Shown here one piece after another: positions 24,351 to 37,573 of a stretch of DNA of 64,000 bases (within the stretch, counting starts at the first letter, position 1; each line of letters opens with the position of its first letter). The stretch lies in contig NC_135264.1 in assembly GCF_964204865.1 (NCBI RefSeq), forward strand, positions 2,046,001-2,110,000. The letters run 5' to 3'. The notes under the pieces were generated by a model. It did not search any database. It worked only from the letters and a program-made list of their open reading frames with translations, and was not told the origin of the DNA. This DNA comes from Styela clava. Lineage: Eukaryota. The position numbers and the translations under genes are program-made.

Positions 24351-27300
24351 AAAACCAGACGTTTGGAGTGTGTGACTAACGAATAACCTGTGAGCTATTT
24401 ATTACACAAGATACATTTTAATAAAATTTAAACATTTCAGGGTAACATTTGTTCGTGGACGTTCGCTAACAGTTACTTCTTTCCCAGAGCGATTTCTGCC
24501 TCATCAAATAGGTTTCGTGCATTATACATTGTGACTCATCCATTATAAGTATTTAAATTTACATTTTATATTCGCACTCAGGCTTCGCCGGCGCCTAAGA
24601 ATTTGTTATTACTTGAAACGACCACAAGGCCGAACCCGCCCGCGGCCTGAGAAACACCGATAGATTCGTTGAGCAGAAAATTTTTAATCAGCCTTTGTGT
24701 GAAAAGCCAGACACTAAAAAGTTACGTTTCGCCAGATAAATCTATGTAGTGTCAGCAGCTTGCATATGCAGCGAATATTCACACCCCCATTCATTCATTC
24801 ACATTTATTGGTCCCTCCAACGAAATGCCCTTTGGCCGACACCGGGAAAAGTGTCGATACAAAACAACGCTCATCTTCGGCAATCTGTAAGCGAGAATTT
24901 TTTGATGCGTGACTGTCTTCGCCTCTAAAACGAACTTACGTCGAGGTCGTCGCATGCTCAGCGCGTGTTCTCTTCGTGGCCTACAGATCATAACACGTGA
25001 CGTCGGGGGTGTGTCTCTCATTCGCGACGGATGAATGGCGCAGGCGTACTCCTGAAAATGTTTCATAACGTTTCGTTGTTGAATTTGCTGGGATGTTTTT
25101 AGGTATTGTTTGTGTTAAAGATATTTCTTGCGGCTATATTTTACGTAACGCGTACCTAACCTACGTCTATAAATATATATTCGACTTATATAATTGTTTC
25201 CCGGAAATGTTTTCGACTTCTTTCTCATATCATTTCTCTAAATCAATGTCACATAAACGTTATCACCGAGTTGGGAAACTCACTCAAAATACAGAATTAT
25301 AACTCATTTCTTGCAGCTCACTTCATTTTTCCAGCGAACAAGGTAAATGTACTTTTAACCCAACTTTAAAATAACATTTCATTTGATCATAGCGACTGTA
25401 CAATGTGCATTGATGAAATGATTTCAAATTCGTATACCGTGTTCAATACAACACTCAAAAATTCGACAGGTGCAGCTCCGAAACCTTTGTTTCGTTCGTT
25501 ATACTTGTAAACAATGTCATGTTGAAAAGATTTTGGCCAAAATATGGAAAAATGTATTTTACCGATCAAACTTTAAAAATTCTGAAAGTAAACTGGTAAT
25601 CTTAATCTATACTGCAAATGAACGGCGAACGGTTTCCAGTCGAACGTTTGTCCTTATTTTAAATGGAGGAAAAGAAATAGATGATCCATGTTGCTATTTC
25701 AATAGTCACCTCCGCAGTACATATTACTGGGATGCCAAATGCAGTTGCGTACTGCCAATCAAGCCCGATGCTTTATTTTCTTCAAATACTACAGTTTAAA
25801 TAAAAATGTAATATGACTGTTTGCAATTTTGGTATGGTAATTAAAAAAAAATGTGAGTCGTAATTATAAAAATGCTTGTAGTGCCATCATTGAAGCTGAA
25901 ATCGCTGCAACTCGGCGTTCCACGTTCTGCCATAACGGATGAAATATGAAAAATGATTCCATTCCAACAAAATAAAAAATGGAGAATCTGCAGATGCAAT
26001 AAACTCGAGAGCTTGATTTTTGGGTTTTTCATCTACTGAATTTTGATACATTGCTCATAGAAAAATGCCGATGCATGCCTGGTTTTGACCTGTAAACAGA
26101 AATGAAATAGCACTAACACTCGACCCTTAGCATATCTTTATATATATTACGTGGCACATTCAGATTGGTTTATTCTGACAACTCCCGTTATTACATTTTG
26201 TATAATTGTGTCCCACGCGTGAGACACGCGTTGTGATGTCACAGGCCATAAGCCTACCTAATTTAGCCTTTTCGTGAAAAGTTTTTTCTTTTCAACTAGT
26301 ATCATGTACTTGTCTGCAAATGATAGCTTAAATAAAATTATTCACCGTGGGATGCCATGCAAATGATTGTCGCCTCACGTACATTTGTGAAACATTTATT
26401 TCTGTTTTCGTTCTAGGAATCAAATTCATATATCTTCTCTTCTTCATATGAACTGACGTTCATTGACTTTTGATTTAAACACTTTCCCCTTAGTTCCCTT
26501 TGCTTCTTAGATGAGAACAGCGTCTGTTATTGGCTCCCTTGTATGGTTGCCAGTTTCTACAAATCTCACTTCATGATTACTGTATTGTACATTGTGAAAA
26601 AATATCGAAGAAATTTTCTACGTGTTTTGGACGATTTAAAATAATCAATTCCTATAACAAGTCTGCCGCTGGAAATACAGAAACCCTGAGAGAAGTGATT
26701 TGGGTTCAATTCGAACAATTTCACGAGAGAAAGAAAAACATTACCAAATCTGTGATGTTCTTATTTCGAATAGCGTTTTTTTTTATTTGATTCTAGCAGA
26801 TCAGGCCCTGTGAAAATGTTACGGCTTGCTTCTGATACCAATACAATACCACAAGCCTTTAAATCATGGATGGTATAGGGTTCCCGAGTCTTTGGAATGT
26901 GCATAAAATGGTAGATTTAGTGACAAATTTCGTTTTCTTCAATTTAATTTTGAGGTTTATACCCAGAACTGTGCGTTATAAAATCGATGAAGAAAACACT
27001 GACTCCCTAATTTCTTTGTTGGAATTTTACAGAAACTCTTTCGCAAGGTCTGAATCAAAGATATTGTGAAGCTGTGTTCTTAATGAAATTTTGCAGTATT
27101 TGAATTTTCGGATTTCAGCATCAACATCATTTCATTCTATAGGAATAACAAATTCAATCACAATATTGACTTAAACGAATATACATAAATATTGAAAATG
27201 AAAATATTTTAGAAAAGAGGCATACAAATGTAATATCTGACATTTTTTGTCAACGACTCTGGGTGTGGTCGACCATGATTTCATCGTTTTCTGATGTGTA

Positions 27301-29409
27301 CGTATACGTGCGTTAAGTCTGGTTTTCATGATGAAAACCTTTTCATCAATTATTCAAACGCGATTACCTCATTTAAACCTAGTCTACAACGGCAGAAGGT
27401 ACAGTATTGCGAAATATTTAGTTTTAATTAAAATAGGCGTGTATATGGTTGACGTATGTTACATCTTAATATTTGAGAAACATGTTGCATGAATGCATTT
27501 TACTTGTTGTAATATTTATATCAACTTCAACATAAAGCTATTCCGGACATCATCACGAAATCCTTATTCTGATTCCCAGCTCTGGGAAATTTTTTGTTGA
27601 AGTTAACAAACCTGTATCAACTCTGTTAGCTGAGCTGCAGCCGCGGCAGCAATGAAACGGTGATTTAACCTGTTTATTTCCACACAGCGTTTGTCAACCC
27701 TGTGAGTCATTCTGCCTTCGCGTATGTTTGCGTCTTGTTTATCAAATTATGAACGAGTTCAAGCCATACGCTGGCGCCATTTTGAACTAGTCGACACTTA
27801 ATTCTTCGCGCGCTTCGTTTAATTGAACCGTTGAGACTGTTGTTTTCTGAGCGGCGTTTGTGATATCGGTTATTTTTGAAAGAATTTGAGAACAAATATT
27901 CGTTCATATCGTGAGTGAAATAAACTTGTTGCAGCAATTGACCGCCAACGTGGTATACAAGCATTCTTTATCAGAAGAAACGTATTGATTTGGTATACGT
28001 GACTACCATTCTCGTTCGTACATTCAATTTGCATGCCAGGCCAATCATAATGGCATTAAGTTTATGAATATATACATCTTTTAGTTATGGTTGTGGCCAT
28101 TGCACAAACTTCAATAAATTTTTTAAATCGATTGGGATATGTCATTTAATATCTATTTCGAAAGCCGCGTTATAAATGCATAGCAGTATAAGCGGCGTCT
28201 GTCGTTTGCGGAATAAGCAATTTGTTTCATTATAAATCAGCTTTCACATAAATACCACCAAACATGGTGAATAATAATATATTCATCTTTTTTATATTGC
28301 AATGTTCAACAAATTTTATATTCAGTCGAAGTTATTATTCCGCGTCTGTTTAACCTATATTCAACGCAAAATATGCGAAGGTGAAGCAATATATTTCTGC
28401 GTGGTATGGGAGTCGATGTATTCCAGATAAACAGCATCGCTACGCAAATGACCTAAAATTTGATGACTACATGTATTGTTCAGTAAATGTCGAACCGCAG
28501 CGACTATCGTCTGCAATCTTTATGCGGAAAGTAATTTCGTCAGAGGGTATTTCCTTGTTTTTAATGCTGCAATGGCAATTTTGAGTAGCGTTAGACAATT
28601 TTAAGAGTAGAATAAATACAAATCGAACAACTTTATTTTGCGAAATATCTGCAATATTTTCAAATTTTCCCAAAATTCAACAAAGTGATTTTTGGCGTTC
28701 ATTATAAAATGAAACCAAGTTGGATGAACCCATCCCGAATTCGACTATCATTACCTTGTGTTCGATTAGCTAACAGAAGTGTGGCTTCGTGCCTTCCCAT
28801 CAGCTAAAAGGTAACAACTAACTTTGTCATAATAGAACCTTAAATAATGCTTGATTTAAAGACATCTGGTGAGATTGCCCATGCTTGTCTAATTTACATT
28901 ATTATATTCAATAATAATAAAAAAGTTCCTTTTCTGAATACCAATGTTTTGACGAGTAGCGTCGTATCCCTCAACAACGCCTTCATGTGACGACCAATCA
29001 CAGAGCTCCCTTCTTACATCCCACAATTGGCTGTCTCAGATCGTCCCAATTGCTTAAACATGTGGACAAAGACAAAATAGCAAAACGGACTTTAGTTGTT
29101 TATATGTGCCCTCGAGTAATCCATGTTACTACACAATATCGAATGAGATGGATAATAAGCTTGGTCGGATGAAAGCTGTAAACTTCCAGCGGGCTATTGA
29201 GATGTTGGAATTGGGTGTTTTGATGATTACCCAAAATCGAGCTTATATTAAACATATTTCGATCATATGCTTATGTCGAGGATTCCCAAATTCAGGCTAA
29301 ATTGCAATAATAAACATTGCAATTATAATTTCTTCCAAATGAGTTGAAAATTTTAAACCAGCCCATTATCTCTCACTTTTTTTTTAATTTTCAGCAACAC
29401 GCCCTCAAA

Positions 29410-29800
29410 ATTAGTGGGCGGGTGTGTTTATAAATTTTAGCAGCAATCGGGAGTGTAGTATCAAAAATAGACTACTTCCTGATTATTCTTGCCTGAGGCA
29501 ATCAGATTAACTACACAACAGAAGACACGCGCTGAACACGAGGTAAATATAAACGATATAAAAGATGAAAAGATTGTTTTCAAGATATACATTTGGCCGC
29601 TTTTCCGGTAAAAAAAATTCAAAATAAAGAGCGGAATATAGCTTCAAAGTAGAGCCAATTTTTCTTTGTCGGCTTAACTTGAAAAATATTGCTTCGGTGA
29701 CGGAACGATATACCCGCTACTGTACGTACACACTCAGGCGTCCTTGTTTCTGATTGGTGGATTAAATCGCTAAGTTAGGGGTGGGCGCGTTATATAAAAT
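29410..29800 (+). promoter_or_regulatory. Candidate distal promoter(s) of KLF10/11
   Basis: GGGCGG 29416 plus TATAAA 29429; E-box pair 29526-29542 followed by GTAAAT; ATTGG 29753, GGGGTGGGCG 29778, TATATAAA 29791. Confidence 0.45.
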
Positions 29801-32800
29801 TTTATTTGGAATCATTCACGTAATAAATACCTCAAAACACAAAAAGTGTTGCCATGGGACCGCCTAGTACTTAAGTATTTGTGTTGTAATATAGATTTGA
29901 AATCAGAATTGAAATGCAGACAAATATCCCAATAAAATTGAGATTATGTCTGTTGCCTAACTTTAAATATTTAAATAACTAGCACTGAAAAAGTAATAAT
30001 ATGATATATTTACGAACATCGTTGCCATAGAACCAATCGAATCCTGAAGGCCACCTTATTGCTAAAAGATAAAAGATTTATGTAATTTTTTGTTCGGATA
30101 ACGACCAAATTTTTTAATTCCGAAATTAGTTTTTATTTACAATGATGCCAAAATATGTTCATTGCGCATAAAGTTTTCACAACTTTATTTGTGAAACAGA
30201 TCCAGAATCTATAAGAAAGAAAAACGCTATTGCAAAGGTATTTGCTGCCAAAAACATACAAAATGGTTACAATTTTCACAAAACCTTGTACTATTCTGCG
30301 TGACAATGGATATTGCTAATCTTGCGTACCATGTTTTTCCACATGGCAAATAAACACCTTTTTATTCGTAGGCGGCCTGCATTCACGATAGCGAAGACAC
30401 GCCTATTTCGCACGAAATGTCTTTATCACACTGATGCAAAAATTTTGTGATTCAGTAGAGCGTATAATGCAAGTTTGTGCTTCAGAATTCAACAGACCAT
30501 GGGGGAACAGGGCGTGACAAGCCAAGATTGTCGGAACCAATCACAATAATGGGAGTACTGCGGATTACTTTTGTGTAAATACCTAATTCGGTTTGCGCTT
30601 TTCTTGATTTCGAAGTAATCATACTAACACTTTCTTCACAATATCAAACAAAGTCAGCAGATTGTAGCAATTCGACCAAGACTGTTATTGCTATTATTTA
30701 TTTCAGTTGTTTCAAATATAATGCTTGCATCAAGTATGCAAACCGGTAATTTTACTTGTTTACGCTGGTAATCGTGAACTAGAGCTTATGACATATGAGG
30801 GCCATGAGAAGTAAATGTCAGATTCTTTCCGGTTTGTACACACGCAATTCCTTGTATGTATGACCTCAATCATATAATGCTTCCAATTATGGTTTTGTAT
30901 GTGGATCAAATATAGCAATATGAAGCAAACAACTTCCGTCTAACCGTGCCTTACTGGAAGTTGATCATAATCCCCCAAGCGCAGGAGGTGTATTCTGTTC
31001 GGCAATGAAAAGTAAAGTTATGAAATCACCAGCACAAACTCCTTCGGTCACTTACGCGTTTACTTCATTTCTCAATATCGAATACTCTCGAAATATTGAA
31101 AATTAAAACAAAGATACTGTACTGCGGTCTAGTTTGTTAACATCTACGACTTAGATTCTAAGTGTTTGAATATTTAACAAATATTAAGGTTTTGGAAGAA
31201 GTAATTATGAATTTGTCTTTACTTTGATGGAGAAAAGTGTCGACGTCAATACGATCCCAACAATATTGTTGGACTTTTTGTGATATACATAAATTTTTAT
31301 ACAACATAATGACACATCGTCATATATTACTCGGATATTCTGGGTATTTTGCCTTAATTTTACCCAACTGACATTGATCTTCCGAAACTGGCAACTAAAT
31401 TGCGATCACGCATATAAAGAAAGATACGACGCAGGAAATCACACTTTCATCAGGTACTCAGCGTGTGTTCTCGAACATCAGCAACGTGCCGACAGCCTCT
31501 ATGCCGCGTGGGCGATTCATGGGTGCATTGTCACGGGACAAAACCACGGGGTAAACAATGGGACACGTGGACGAATCGACACATTCTCAAAGATATGTGA
31601 TATTTGTTTTACTACTGATTAAATATGACTTGGTTGTCAAATTACACGCGTGAATAGAGTGTCATTGCACTAAAGCACGTTGCTCGTTACAATCGAGGCC
31701 ACCCAGCTCCCCACTCCCACTCGCCTTCCGCACGTATCAATCTTCATATTTATAAGATGGTTGCTCCCTAAACTTTGACCTCATCCCCCCTTCATAAAAA
31801 AGTCTTTCCATACCTCACCAATACGAGTTTTTTCACACTTCCGGCAACGTTTTAATTAGTAGGCTTGTGAAGACTCGTTAATAATCTCTCGAAAATGACC
31901 TTGTGGTTTCATATTTGAAAATGCAAAAACTAATTACCTCAACATATTCATTAATAACTTTAATAGTTATTGAAACATGACTAAGAACCTAGTTCGGATT
32001 CAAGAATTACAAAAAGTCGATGCATTACAATTTGTTTGAGTGGGTGGGTTTGATTTCAGTTGTTGTGTCATGGTCCATGTCTGACAATTCATTGTTTTAA
32101 GCTGTTTTTACCAATATAATAAGAAAAATAGTAAAGAAAAATGTCTGTAATCAACGTTTTAATTTAAATGGTGTCGCCACCCTTTGTTGGTTGCTAGGTA
32201 CCCTAGTTTGGTGTGCTCATGTCGAACTAATAAAAACTTAATAACAAACAACAGTTATAATGACTGTAAGAAAAATTGGTGCAATTTATCGACAGGATAA
32301 AAATAGTTTATTACCGACAGTAAGCCCTGCTGTAAAATTGCTTCAGTTTAAAATATTTTCGTGAGTCACTTCGCACAAACTTCTTTCGTAGTGGTGACTT
32401 GAAAATTCCACTAAATGTTGCTTTACATATAACGCTAGATCGTTAATTAGATTATGTGTTCTAGATTATATGAAAAATATTTTAGTTTCTATTGCTCTAA
32501 ATATTGCGAGAAATATACAAAAGTTCTTCGTTATAATAATTTCCTTTGTCTTCATAACCTGCAAGAGTTTTGCATATTTAACAAAAGCGACCCTTCACAA
32601 AGCAAGGATTATTGTTATTGAATCAGGTGTGACACATTCCAGTTGAATTGGCCAATCACTCGGGAAGAAAACGTGGTGTTTTTATTCTCCCATCACTTGC
32701 TGATCCGTTGTCCTTGTCCCAGTTGCGACTCGAATTATATAAGTTGCGATGAATTCCATTTTGGCCCTTTGTTGTTTACTTATATAACAGAATATCGGGT

Positions 32801-33899
32801 GGCAGAAGTTCTCGTGGTCTAAATCGGTAGGTTGTTGATTGAAAGTTGTGTTTCGTGTTTTCGTAATATTGAGATCATTTTTGTTTCACTATACTGTCAC
32901 CTGAAAGCTTTAAAGTTTGTCGAATATTATATACAAAACGTTCATATATATAGCACAAACTATTTCAACTTTCAGTAGCTCAAAAACAAAGAATTTTGAA
33001 ACCAAAAGCTAGGCCAAAAAAACAACAACATAATATTTCGCTCTTTCAACAGAAGTTTGAATAATCGTGCAATCTGGAATTTGTTTCAGAAGTTTACCAT
33101 GCAGCTCTTATTTTATAGTCAAGGTAAAACAGTCTTCTTTCACTTCTCGCATGAAGTTGAATAATGGCATTTGCTTATATAATTGAAATTTCATAAATGT
33201 GGAAAATAATAAACCTTGGCACCTCTTGCACATTTTTTGCGTATTCGCACGACTAAAAACCACTTTCTTAAATAGAATTTGTAAAGAAGGGCACCCACGC
33301 TATGTCATGCAAGAGTATATTTTGTTCAATTTTAAAATCCAGATATTGATTTGCTGGTGTATTTCTGAAAACGGCCTATCAAATGTGTTTAACGCACAAA
33401 AACCAGACACTGGAAATATTCAGTCGAGTGTATATCTATCTGTGACCATATAAGGTCAAATCCAACATTTGGAATGCCATTAACGACATCGAAGGGTTGT
33501 CGTATATCAATCGATGAATGGGGAATGAATGGCGTTTCATAAACGACGGGCAAAAAGATTTAATGGCATTCCAATAAAGAAACGCTGATATACCATGTGT
33601 TTAATCCCTGTATCAAGGATAAAATATATTTGTCTTAGAGGGTACAAAGTTCAGCTTTGTTCCTTGCCTGTCGAATAACATAAAAGCTTTGGTCACAAGG
33701 GAACTGATAACATACAGTACTGAAATAACGCAAATGCTTAGTTGCCGTGCGACTGTTTTCATCAGATTCAAGTTTAACATGAAATTTTATAAAGCGGAAT
33801 TAATTTGAAAAATTTAAAAAATGTGGTTTCTGGGGGTCATTTATATTGAATACCCGCTTGAATCTCACTAGCCTGTGGTGCAATATTAGTGGCCCTAAA

Positions 33900-34100
33900 G
33901 TTGTGGGCGTGGGCGAGGCAGTTACGTAACGGCCGCCCATGAGCACGTTTCTTTGTGATTCTGAAAGCTTCACGCTATCAAATCAGCTGTTTCACGTATC
34001 GTGCATGCAGTGATCACGCCGCGAGCGCGTGAACACGAGAGACGTTTCCCATCGACGTCGCGATTCAAGCGTTCTCATTGGTTGATTCGCCTCACCCGCC
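33900..34100 (+). promoter_or_regulatory. Proximal CpG-rich regulatory cluster of KLF10/11
   Basis: GGGCGTGGG 33905, palindromic GTTACGTAAC 33921-30, ChoRE-like pair 34015-31, GACGTC, ATTGG and CCCGCCC, all just upstream of the acceptor at 34190. Confidence 0.55.
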
Positions 34101-34293
34101 CATTATTTACGTTTGTTATTTATCATGCCTCGGTGCAATCCCCGACTGTACCTTTTTTTGTAACCTAACTGATCACAGAATTTGTCTCAGATGAATGTTA
34201 TTGTATAATTCGTTCGCACAAAGGCGGCAGCAGTTTTCATTGCTATCATTTTACGGTAGAAATTTTCGACTAAATACATTTAACTGGAAAGGA

Positions 34294-37200
34294 ATGCGAT
34301 CACATCCCTGTTCACCATCACGATCTCCTGACTTCGACGGATTCAACGTAAGTTTTTCAAATATTATAGGGTAGATTGAACTGTTTGAAAGTGGATTTTA
34401 TGTTTTTTCGCTTCGGTACGATGAAATGATTTCGTAAGCTGGTACCGGTAGCAATATTGAGTTTAATCAGATTAGTCACGCACCACTTATTGCTAATACC
34501 TGTAAGCGGAGGGTTCAAATATTACTGAAGTAGCCTTGACTTGTTGAGTCAAATTGTAATTTATATCTGTATGGCTTGAAGTTATGTATCAAAGTCTGCC
34601 TAGGCCACGGGCTTGTTAAAATAACAAAACAGTATGACATTTAAGCTAATTATTATCGAACACTTCATAAACTGATAATACAGCCATGAGAGGTTTTTAA
34701 TTGTGGTCATCTTTTATATGTAAAACATTGAAATTTGATAAATTTATTAGTTGTGACCCTGGTTGAAAATTTTTGGGTTTTTGAACGGAAACAAATGAAA
34801 GTAAAAAAATCGTAAATCGTCTTCCACGTCTTGAACCAATGAATATTTTCCATAGTTAATGGGTAAAATGATATCTTTTTAGGAACGTGTGGGCTTTTGT
34901 ATGTGTGTCTCAGTTGCATAAGAAAATAGTGCGCCTCTTATCGTCATTTCACACTTACGCTAGTTCTGCGCAATCTGTGCCCACTAAACGTTGCTACTAC
35001 GTCATCGGCTCAGACGGCGACGCCCACACCCGAGTTTCCCCATTGACAGACCTCGATCACGCGTTGCCGGCGTGATCGGCAAATGTGCGTCACGTGTCGC
35101 GAAAGACTTCTTAACTGTATGAATGCCACTATATAATATTATTATGTGTATTGGCTTCATATGACAGTATGATCGTGTAAATTATCGAATTGACTTTTAT
35201 TAAAACTTTATTTTTTTTTTTCAGGACTCAATATCACCAACTATACCATATTGCGATTCTCATAGAATGGTATTATTTTCAATGATGCCTGACGAACACA
35301 CACAACACGATCACGATCGTTCTCGACACGACAGCTCAGCGTGCAAAGGGTGTAGTGAATGTGATGCTGCTAAAGTACTAATTTCTATACGTAACTGCGA
35401 CTCAACAAGTACAATGACTTCAACTACCACATCGACTGTTGCTTCACCAGCGAAACTCGTGAGCCCACCTCAAAGAAAAACGCTATTACCTCCAAGGCTG
35501 CGATTTAGAAAGCAATATATCAACAATTATAGTTATCCAAGAAAGACTGATTCTTATTCGGCTCCACCAACGCCGTGTGAGAGTCCAAAGCCGGCGGACA
35601 GCCCCCCTACTACTTTAACCCCTCCATACACTCCCCCACCGAACAATCACAGCACAGACTCTCAATACGTTCCTGCTCAATTTACCAATTCTCAGCCTAC
35701 TGTGGCAATGTCAAATCAATCGTCGTCAACCGTAGTGACTGCCTCGCAGAATCATTTTCTACAAAGTGTCAGTAATAAGTTACTACGTCACAGCAACCAT
35801 CAGATGCTACACCATCCTATTTTATTGGAAAATCATGGACGCCGAAGACACGGTAGTGATGGTTATCTAATTCATCACACCGCTAAAAGAATGCGTATTA
35901 TGCTCGGGGAAGAAAGGCATCAAACCATGGTTGCACCTAGTGGAAAAGTAGTACCCGAACCTCGTACAGTGATTCAGTCGCCGCCAACATCGCAAGAACC
36001 TGGGTGTTCACAAAACGTTACGACGGCAGAATCATTTCCAAAACCTGTTTCCACTATGCACTTAGAGGCTCCAAACCTTTCCCCAAGCTGGTTTCTATCT
36101 TCCCTACCGCCAAGCAATTGCGCTTCTCCAACCGAATTGGAAAAGCACATGAATAATAACAATCCGGCGAATTTACGCACACCTTTATATTTGACTCCAA
36201 TTTCATCTCCGTTGAGCCACCATCATCACCAAAATGAGGAGGCACCTTCAGACCATCAGCAGCTATCATCTATTCAAGAGGAAGCTGATAGCACACGAAA
36301 AGAAGATCTTAGATCACCTCCCAAGATTGTGCAAGCAACTCCGGAGCAGGCTTTGAGAGTTGAAGCCACCAAAAGTCATGACCATCATAATAATTTGAAA
36401 GTTCATTGGAATGATAAGCCCGAAGAAATATTTCCGACCCAACAACATTCACCGCCACCTGTAGTAGCAAAAGAAACAACCCCGAGTTCAACGCAGTTTA
36501 ATGACGCTGCTTTCGTGATTCCTAAACCAATTCCAAGACCTCTCAGGGAAATTAAATCCAACGTAAACAAGCCAACTCCGGTACATTCCGTGTCGGTACC
36601 GACAATATCGAAAGAGCAAGAAATTAACGTTTCTTCTGTTAATCTTGTCAAAATGGAACAAGGAAAAGGCAAAGACACCCAACCTGGACAATTTTTACCT
36701 GTTGCCGGAACCAATATACAAGCAATGCCTATCATGATCATGGGGAACGTGCAAAACCTCACTCAAGCCGGAAGCGCGGTACTTTTGGTTGTGAACCCAC
36801 AACAACAGCAACAAATCTCCACTACTGTAGTATCTACAATATCACAAGCAATTTCACCGCCTCCAGTAAGTTCACCAAGGTCTCCGACTGCTATTGCACC
36901 AGCAACATCAAAACTTCAACCATTGGCGCCTAGTTGCGCGCCAATAATCATTGGATCGACCAATGGGTTAGCTTTCAACCAAAACAATCAACCAATACTC
37001 ATCGGGGCAGGTTCCCCGTCGAACAGTCGAGACGCAGATCCGAGGAGACGTAACCATCAGTGCCATTATCAGGGCTGTGGAAAGACCTACTTCAAAAGTA
37101 GTCACCTGAAAGCTCATCTCCGTACTCACACAGGCGAAAAACCTTTCAAATGTGTTTGGGAGGGATGCGATAAGTGTTTCGCAAGATCAGACGAACTTTC

Positions 37201-37573
37201 TAGGCACAAGCGCACTCACACTGGTGAAAAACGATTTGAGTGTCCGGTCTGTCAACGAAGATTCATGCGAAGTGACCATCTCACTAAGCATATGAGACGT
37301 CATACCGAAGGTCGTCGAATTCCTAACTGGCAAAAAGAAGTTGCCAAGTTGAATCCTAATTCACAGAAATCTCCACCAAGAAATCAACATGCTGCTTCAA
37401 TTGCCCCAGTTCTCTTACCCAATGGTCCCGTTCTTAAGACCGAAGTCACTATGCATTCTACTCCTTTGCAGTTGTCCCAACATGTGTTCGCGGCTGGTGT
37501 TGGGAGGCAGCAGATCAAAATTGCCCCAGCGCCCCCTAAAGAGCACTCATCACCCACTCTTACCCCGGCGTAA
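34294..37573 (+). CDS. KLF10/11: Krueppel-like factor 10/11 (TIEG/cabut orthologue), about 800 aa
   Basis: join(34294..34347,35225..37573), in frame via GTAAGT and TTTCAG; an alternative in-frame ATG lies at 34195. SID-like [11 protein letters not shown]; TPPYTPP; three C2H2 fingers [49 protein letters not shown]; [12 protein letters not shown] as in KLF10/11. Confidence 0.92.
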
